Below, in pieces: positions 57,638 through 64,000 of a stretch of 64,000 nt of DNA; within the stretch, counting starts at the first letter, position 1; the number at the start of each line of letters is the position of its first letter. A model generated the notes under the pieces. That model saw only the letters and a list, made by a program, of their open reading frames with translations, had not been told where the DNA came from and ran no database searches. Made by a program: the position numbers and the translations under genes. The stretch is from Tubulanus polymorphus (taxonomy: Eukaryota; Animalia; Nemertea): contig NC_134026.1 of the NCBI RefSeq assembly GCF_964204645.1, forward strand, positions 16,836,150 to 16,900,149, in the 5' to 3' direction.

Positions 57638-60325
57638 CCCATTAGCACTTAAGCCGCCCTGCCTATTACTCCTCCTGCCGCCCGATTCCGCCCGCACTCG
57701 TTTTCCGTCTGCTACGCGAAAACAGTTATAGTTGGATCCCAACCCATTAGAGTATGATAAAGTAGATACACGAGTCCTTAGAATACCACACAGAAATCAA
57801 CATGTTCCTATTTGAATTTCCTGAGTATTTGCGGTTTGAACATGACAGATCCGATGACGCATCGAGCGCTCTACTATTTGAATCAAATATTATGTCCAGA
57901 AACAAACTTACAGTGGAACAAGTCTGCAATCAACTCAATGATGATGAGGATTATCTAGATTTGTCATGTCGGAGTGATATAGACTTTCATCCCACGGATT
58001 CGGAGATAAATTTTTATCAAGATTTTCGAACTAAAAATCTAGCATTAAAAAAACGCCTATTCACGATCGGTTTATGACATATCTCATAATGAATTCAAGA
58101 TAACGCATTACCAAATGTCATGTACAGTTAAGTTTATTTAAAAAAGAATGTACAAATTGTGAAAACAAATGAAAAACAAAATATTAGGCGATTTGCCGAC
58201 ATAATTCAGCAAAACACAGTATTGAACAGTACATACTAAAGCACAGCATTGCACTGCAATTTATGCTCAAACAGCTTACATTAGATTATCATCTTGAAAT
58301 AATAAGAAAGGAAATAAATTATCAGAGGCTGTGTTCTTGCATACTGTATGATATGGATGTAAAAGTCGGATCAATTTTGATGCCAATTCGCACGTTTGGA
58401 ATGCCAATTTGCAGCAAGGCCTCTGATATTTTATTTTAATTAAGGATGAAGATAATAGTAGTGAGCCAGACATAACACGAAGCCCATGAATTTTTGACAA
58501 GTGATATTGAGGAGGATGCTAGCAACCACGATGATGTACACGCACCCCTTTTGGCTATAGAAACTGGTGGAGCAGTAGGCCAGGGTACACATGAAGTTCC
58601 TGGTAGGGGTCGTGGTGCACCTTTATGTGGCAGAGGGCGTGTTCGTGGTAGACATTGAGGCACAGGACTGCGGATGACAATTTTGAGCCACCTGCAGGTT
58701 GGGAAGATGTATGTCCAGTTAGACCAATTACTCTAGGTCAATTTTCAGAAAATTCTGGCCCAAAACATAGGTTGCCATTTGATGCAGAAAAAGTTCAATA
58801 TCTGATGTAATTGCTCGATAATAATTTTTTTGAAGTCCTCGCGCATCATACAAATTTGAATGCAGTTATGAAGTTCCCTCCCCGCCTGCTGTACAGCTAG
58901 GCCAGTATTCAACGAGTGACAAATACTGGACCCCGACAACCACAGCTGCAATGAAAGCATACACTGGTGAATATTTTGATGGGCGTAAAAAATCTACCAG
59001 AATATGCCGACTATTGGTCTGATGATATTCAGAGATCCAGTAGTGATGCCAAATGATAAAGTGGGATACTTGATAGAATGCCTAAAACAAAACTTTCCAG
59101 CAAACTTCTATCCCCATCAACATTTGGTAATAGACGAAGCTATGATCAAGTATAACGGACGGCTACACTTCAAGCAATACATGGACCAGGCAGGCCAACT
59201 GAGATCATACTACAATGTTGGGAGATCTGGTTGTCTCTGGTGGAAATACTTGTTCTGGGTTCTATTGAATCATGCCCTGATAAATGCATACATTCTTAGA
59301 TAAATACACAACCACATACCAACATAAACGGAAATGGTCTTTCAAAACATTAAAAATGGCCATAATCCATTCCTTTGTTGAAATGTTCACCTCTAGACAA
59401 GTCCCAGCGTTGAATTTACCAGACTATGTGCGTGATGTCGAGGTAGTTTATCTTAGCAATATGCTGCAGGACCACTCACAGGTGAGATTTGCAGGACGGA
59501 AGCGTGTGTGTTTGTTGTAGAAGAGATGGCAGGTTTAGTGCTGTGGGTAGAGCTAATGAAACTGTCTATGGTTGTTCTGGCTGTGGTTTGAACATGTGTC
59601 GTGAGCAGTGTTTCCATATTTGGTATCGAAAATCTCCTGACCGTGCTACTGATTGCCTCTGAATGCAGATGAACTGATTTGAAGACTAGTTTCCATGTTA
59701 TGTTTAAAGTTGGTGTATACAAATATAGTTTTTAGTGTTACTTCCAAACATTTGCCTGTGAAACAGGGAATTTGGGTTTACTATGTTAATTTGTCAACTT
59801 TTATAGTTAGAAAGGTCAAAAGGTCAAAATCTGTTGGCCCTTCTCGGTTTTCTTCACTCAAATACATTTATTTTTACGTAAACATATTTTCTGCAGTCTT
59901 TTTATTCTTTGGAATCTAAAACTTTGTTCTCCTGTTGTCTCTACATTTCAAAGAAATAGCAAATATCATGGAATTTGGCAATATGAACAAATCTCATCAA
60001 GGGGTAAAATTGTCACTTTTCTGTAGCCCATTTGGTCAAATATGGCTTTATATCAAACTTTAGTATGTATGAGACCAAATAACTGTAACTTCCCACAGAG
60101 ATATTGAAAAAAGAAATGCTTGTCACAGTCCATATTTTAGCATGCAGGTCAGTATGAATTTCGGGAGTTCAAAAGGTCACGATTGGCCCACCTCATCGAA
60201 TCTTACGTCCTATGAAAGCCCTGTTCCTTTACTACAAACTAAGGAGAACTCAAAATCAGGTTTTTTCCTTGAAATTTCTGAGGAATAATTGACATTACCT
60301 AGTGAAATTAATAAGTGCTAATGGG
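57638..60325 (+). mobile_element. piggyBac transposon, internally deleted and decayed
   Basis: TTAA|CCCATTAGCACTTA...TAAGTGCTAATGGG|TTGA; IDEAMIKYNGRLHFKQYM, WWKYLF...NAYIL and a Cys-rich tail near 59500-59620. Confidence 0.9.
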
Positions 60326-61319
60326 TTGAAAAAGCGAAATTTCACACTCTACATTAATAAGATTAAAGTATTTATTTGTTTGACAAATCTTTGTCTGAAC
60401 ACCCACCAACAACTTATTAGTGGTGACATGAAAATGATGTCATCGACTCACTACCATCTTCTAACATTAACCTTATAACCATAACCTTATAACCAAAAGG
60501 TAAACTAGAATGAGGCAAACCCTGGCCTGAAATTCACCACCATGTGAAGTTACAGGGTTTGTGGTAAATGCGTTAGAGATATCATGTCCACAATTATTTC
60601 CATAAGAATGATATTAGAGAACATGTGTAGAAAGTGTAAATAAAGAACCAATGGTCCAGTGGCTCGCCAAATTGGTGTGTAGTAAAAATCTGTCATGTAG
60701 GCTACCAGTATGCAAAAAATCATTTCATTGAAAATTAAACAAGAAAAAAATGTATAAAAAAGGACTAAATTTTTATCTGTGTGAACTTTTAATGATAACT
60801 GACTTTTAACGAGAATGAAATCTTCGAAAAATTGATTATGGGCCTTATGTCTGAGTGACCCGATAAGATACGGTATAAACTTGGTGAGAGCCTGGGTTTC
60901 ATCGGAGGTATTTTAATTTTTATCATACGGACCAATCAGGACAGAAGCTCCCAAGTTCTTCAAATTTGAGGCCAGTAAGTGCCGGTTACTGACGAAACAA
61001 AGTTTATCGACTGACATGATTTTTAATAATTTCGCGATAGGATTGCTTACATGTTCACTCAGACAAATGTTGTTACGCGCAACCTACACCGTGGTGCGTG
61101 TACTCTATAACTGATAAATACACGCAGTGAACACGAGAGTATAAGGCTATATTGCCTAAACTACTGTACACGACTGTTTTCAACGCAAATGCTCCACTGT
61201 GCCCCAGTTAACAAACTAATACAAATAATCAGGGTCCAAAACGGATCGCTAATGCGAACGTTAATAAAATGACTTCAATTTAATTTTCTAAACGCTAAAT
61301 AGATGTAATAATGAATTAT

Positions 61320-64000
61320 TCTCGAGAGTAAGCTATTAAGCAGCGAGTAAAACGACGTTTCGTCCTCCACGGAACCAAGTTTTCATTTTACCGCCAACCA
61401 ACCGCCATCTTTTCTCGCTGCTTTGCGAAATATACACGTGTTTACCGAGGAGGAAATTTCTCAACTGGTACGGGGTTATTGACTCCCGATAATGCAGGAC
61501 CCTGATAAAGTGTCCGCTGACCGACCAGAAGGTCCTAGCCCCGGTACTAGTGGTACAGGAAAAAGGGCAGTTCACGGAAATTACGGAGATCGTGATCATC
61601 TCCGGAAGTCGAGCTTTCGGATGCTTTCTCCGCCGGAGGGTCAGATTTTGACTATGAATCTGACGCGGTAAGTGAAAATGACTTGCGTTCAACAGTTCGA
61701 TCGGCATGTTCTAATAAACGGGTTCGTAGGGCCAGTTATAGCCCTAGTTTCAGTTCGTCGCCAGAATCGTACGATAAAACGAAACGTAAGACTAAGAGAC
61801 ACAGATCGAGCCGCAAACGTTCTGCCTCATCTGGGCTCGCTCACCATCTGTAGAATCTGAAATTTTTGACAGATTTGACCCAAATGAGGAGGAGAAAGCA
61901 AACTCATGGTCACTCAGTAAGAGTCAAAATAAATACTTGCAGAAACATTTTACTGAATTCCTCAAAGAAGACATTATTCAAAGTAATGTTTTAAAGGACA
62001 GTCCCGTTCCGAACAGTGAGATATTGACTGTACCTTAACTACAGGAGGATATACTAAATGTTCTCCCGTTTAATCTGCAGGAGCCGTCTTCGAAGCTTGA
62101 TGAGAACATGGCCAGAGTTGGGCAGCGTATCAGACAAATATCGGGCCCGTTAGGTTTAGTTTGGCAGGAGTTAGAGAAAGCCAGGGAAAACCTGGAAGAT
62201 ATGCTAGAGTTAAACTCCCTTATCCAGTTGGTGGAGAAAAGTTTCTTGCTCGTAGGTGAAGCGTTTGTGTGGAACAACTTTGTTCGTCGAGTTGCTTTTA
62301 TGTCAACTCTAGTCAAGAATATTCGGTAGGCAAACAGCATTGTCAAAGATAATGGAGCGATCTTATCGAAAAACAGGCGGAAGCTCTTTGGATCGAAATT
62401 CTACAGGGCTCTGCACAAGAAGGCCTTGGAATCCAAAAAGGCTAGGGAAATACGTCAAAGCTTGACGCCGAATTCTCGGCCGAGATCGTTCAGACGAGGA
62501 AGACCCTTTCCAGGGGCGCCTCCGTCACGTGGGTTTGAGGACGGAGGTGACAAGAAGACCAGAAGCTACCGTGGTGCATAGTTCCGAGGAAGAGGCAAGT
62601 CTTCCAGAGGCAAACCAAGGTATGCTCAGATTTTCGTTAGATCAAGGGTCACAAAGGGTGAGGTAATTCAGAGCAGAGAACAATTTCTTAACCCTTTTGC
62701 CCGTGGATTCCCCAGGAGAATTGGGGAAGGCCCCCAGTATGGAAGGTTTTCTGGTTCCTCCAAAGGAATTGAGGCATCTAAATATGTCTCCGGCCCCATC
62801 ACTGGACATACCAGTGGGGGGGGGGGAGGTTGAAGTTTTGTGTCCAGAATTGGAAGAAGATTACCCACGATCCTTCAATATTGGAGATAGTGGAAGGATA
62901 TCGAATCAAATGGCTGTCTACTCCAACCCAGATGAATCCACCCTTTGTAACGAGATTCTCTGTGATGGAGGAAAATCAAATCAATTTGGAATTGGAGGGA
63001 ATGTTGACCAAACAAGCGGTAACAGAGGTGCGCCTTCAGGCGGACCAATTTGTCCGTCACATTTTTCTCAGGGAGAAGAAGGACGGGTCTTTCAGGCCAG
63101 TGTTCAATCTGAGAAAACTGAACAAAGAGATACCTTATCAACACTTCAAGACGGAGACAATCCATACACTAAAGAATTTGATACAGAAAGGGGACTACAT
63201 GGTGAAAATAGACCTGAAGGATGCTTACTTCACCGTTCCCATGCATCCAGAAACCCAGAAATACTTACGTTTCCAATGGGCGGGGAAGACTTATCAGTTT
63301 CAAGTCCTACCCTTTGGACTGGGACCTGCTCCCAGGGTTTTCACAAAACTACTGAAGGCCCCAGTGGGCCTCCTCAGACGGATGGGAATACGTTTGATGA
63401 TTTTTCTACACGATATTATTATTTTGAACCAATCAAGCGGAAAGCTAAGAGAGGATGCTTACATGGTAGTTTGGCTTCTGATTAGTCTGGGTTTCATGAT
63501 AAACTGGGGAAATCCCTTTTAGATCAAAGTCAGATGATGGAATATATTGGGTTGCAGATCGATTCGATAATGATGATGTTAAAACTTCCCGGAGGGAAGA
63601 TAATGAAGATCAGAGAGCAGTGTCAGCAGATGCTGAATTGTCAGACTGTGACTGTCAGAGACCCGGCAAAATTGATTGGGAAATTGACAGCAACAGTGAG
63701 TGCTATCCTGCCAGCACCCCTGGACTATCGGAATTTACAGATGCTTAAGAGAGCCGGCCTGGGTGTGGGGAACCAGTCCTACGAGACAGAGGTGACTCTG
63801 ACTACGGAGGGCAGAGAAGATTTGCTGTGGTGGATTCAGGAGATTCAAAATCACAATGGCAAATCTGTCATATCTCCGGACCCAGACCTGACCATCACGA
63901 CAGATGCCTCACACCTGGGTGGGGGGGCTGTAGTGGAAGGCACAGGTTTGGTGACTCAGGGACTGTGGTCTCCCCAAGAAGCAAGCAAGCACATAAATGT
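61320..64000 (+). mobile_element. DIRS-type (tyrosine recombinase) retrotransposon, decayed; left boundary approximate, runs off the window
   Basis: Degenerate gag-like region ~61500-62600; RT and RNase H with TITTDASHLG.GA and GLWSPQEASKHIN. Confidence 0.8.
62830..64000 (+). pseudogene. DIRS RT-RNase H, frameshift near 63520, catalytic YLDD altered to FLHD
   Basis: FRPVFNLRKLN, KIDLKDAYF, LPFGLGPAPRVFTK, IFLHDII. Confidence 0.9.

Noticed and set aside
62697-63485. 262-aa ORF overlapping the DIRS RT in another frame
   Set aside because: Overlapping frames are normal in DIRS elements and no recognisable domain is present

Overview
Repeat-rich eukaryotic DNA, probably from an invertebrate, with no recognisable host gene. 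It is dominated by Maverick/Polinton endogenous viral elements. Element 1 (10325-29730) is complete and young, with ~600-bp TIRs and a perfect GATTTA 6-bp TSD. Element 2 (33481-~52640) is a decayed, right-truncated relative, and a third terminal remnant lies at 8230-8885. Standout: the protein-primed PolB of element 2 carries a 355-aa intein with LAGLIDADG endonuclease motifs in catalytic motif C (YFD|S...KN|TD), the pol-c site used by giant-virus PolB inteins. Element 1 has the intein-free YLDTDS allele ~24 kb away. Both elements also show poxvirus-like TAAATG starts in two upstream classes and a VLTF3-like zinc-finger gene. Element 1 has ~410-bp terminal hairpins, an HNH nuclease and no adenain-type protease. 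The rest is a truncated Copia, a DIRS-type retroelement, a deleted piggyBac, Harbinger-type non-autonomous elements, Helentron-associated (HINE-like) elements and satellites. All family assignments come from motif recognition by eye, not database searches.
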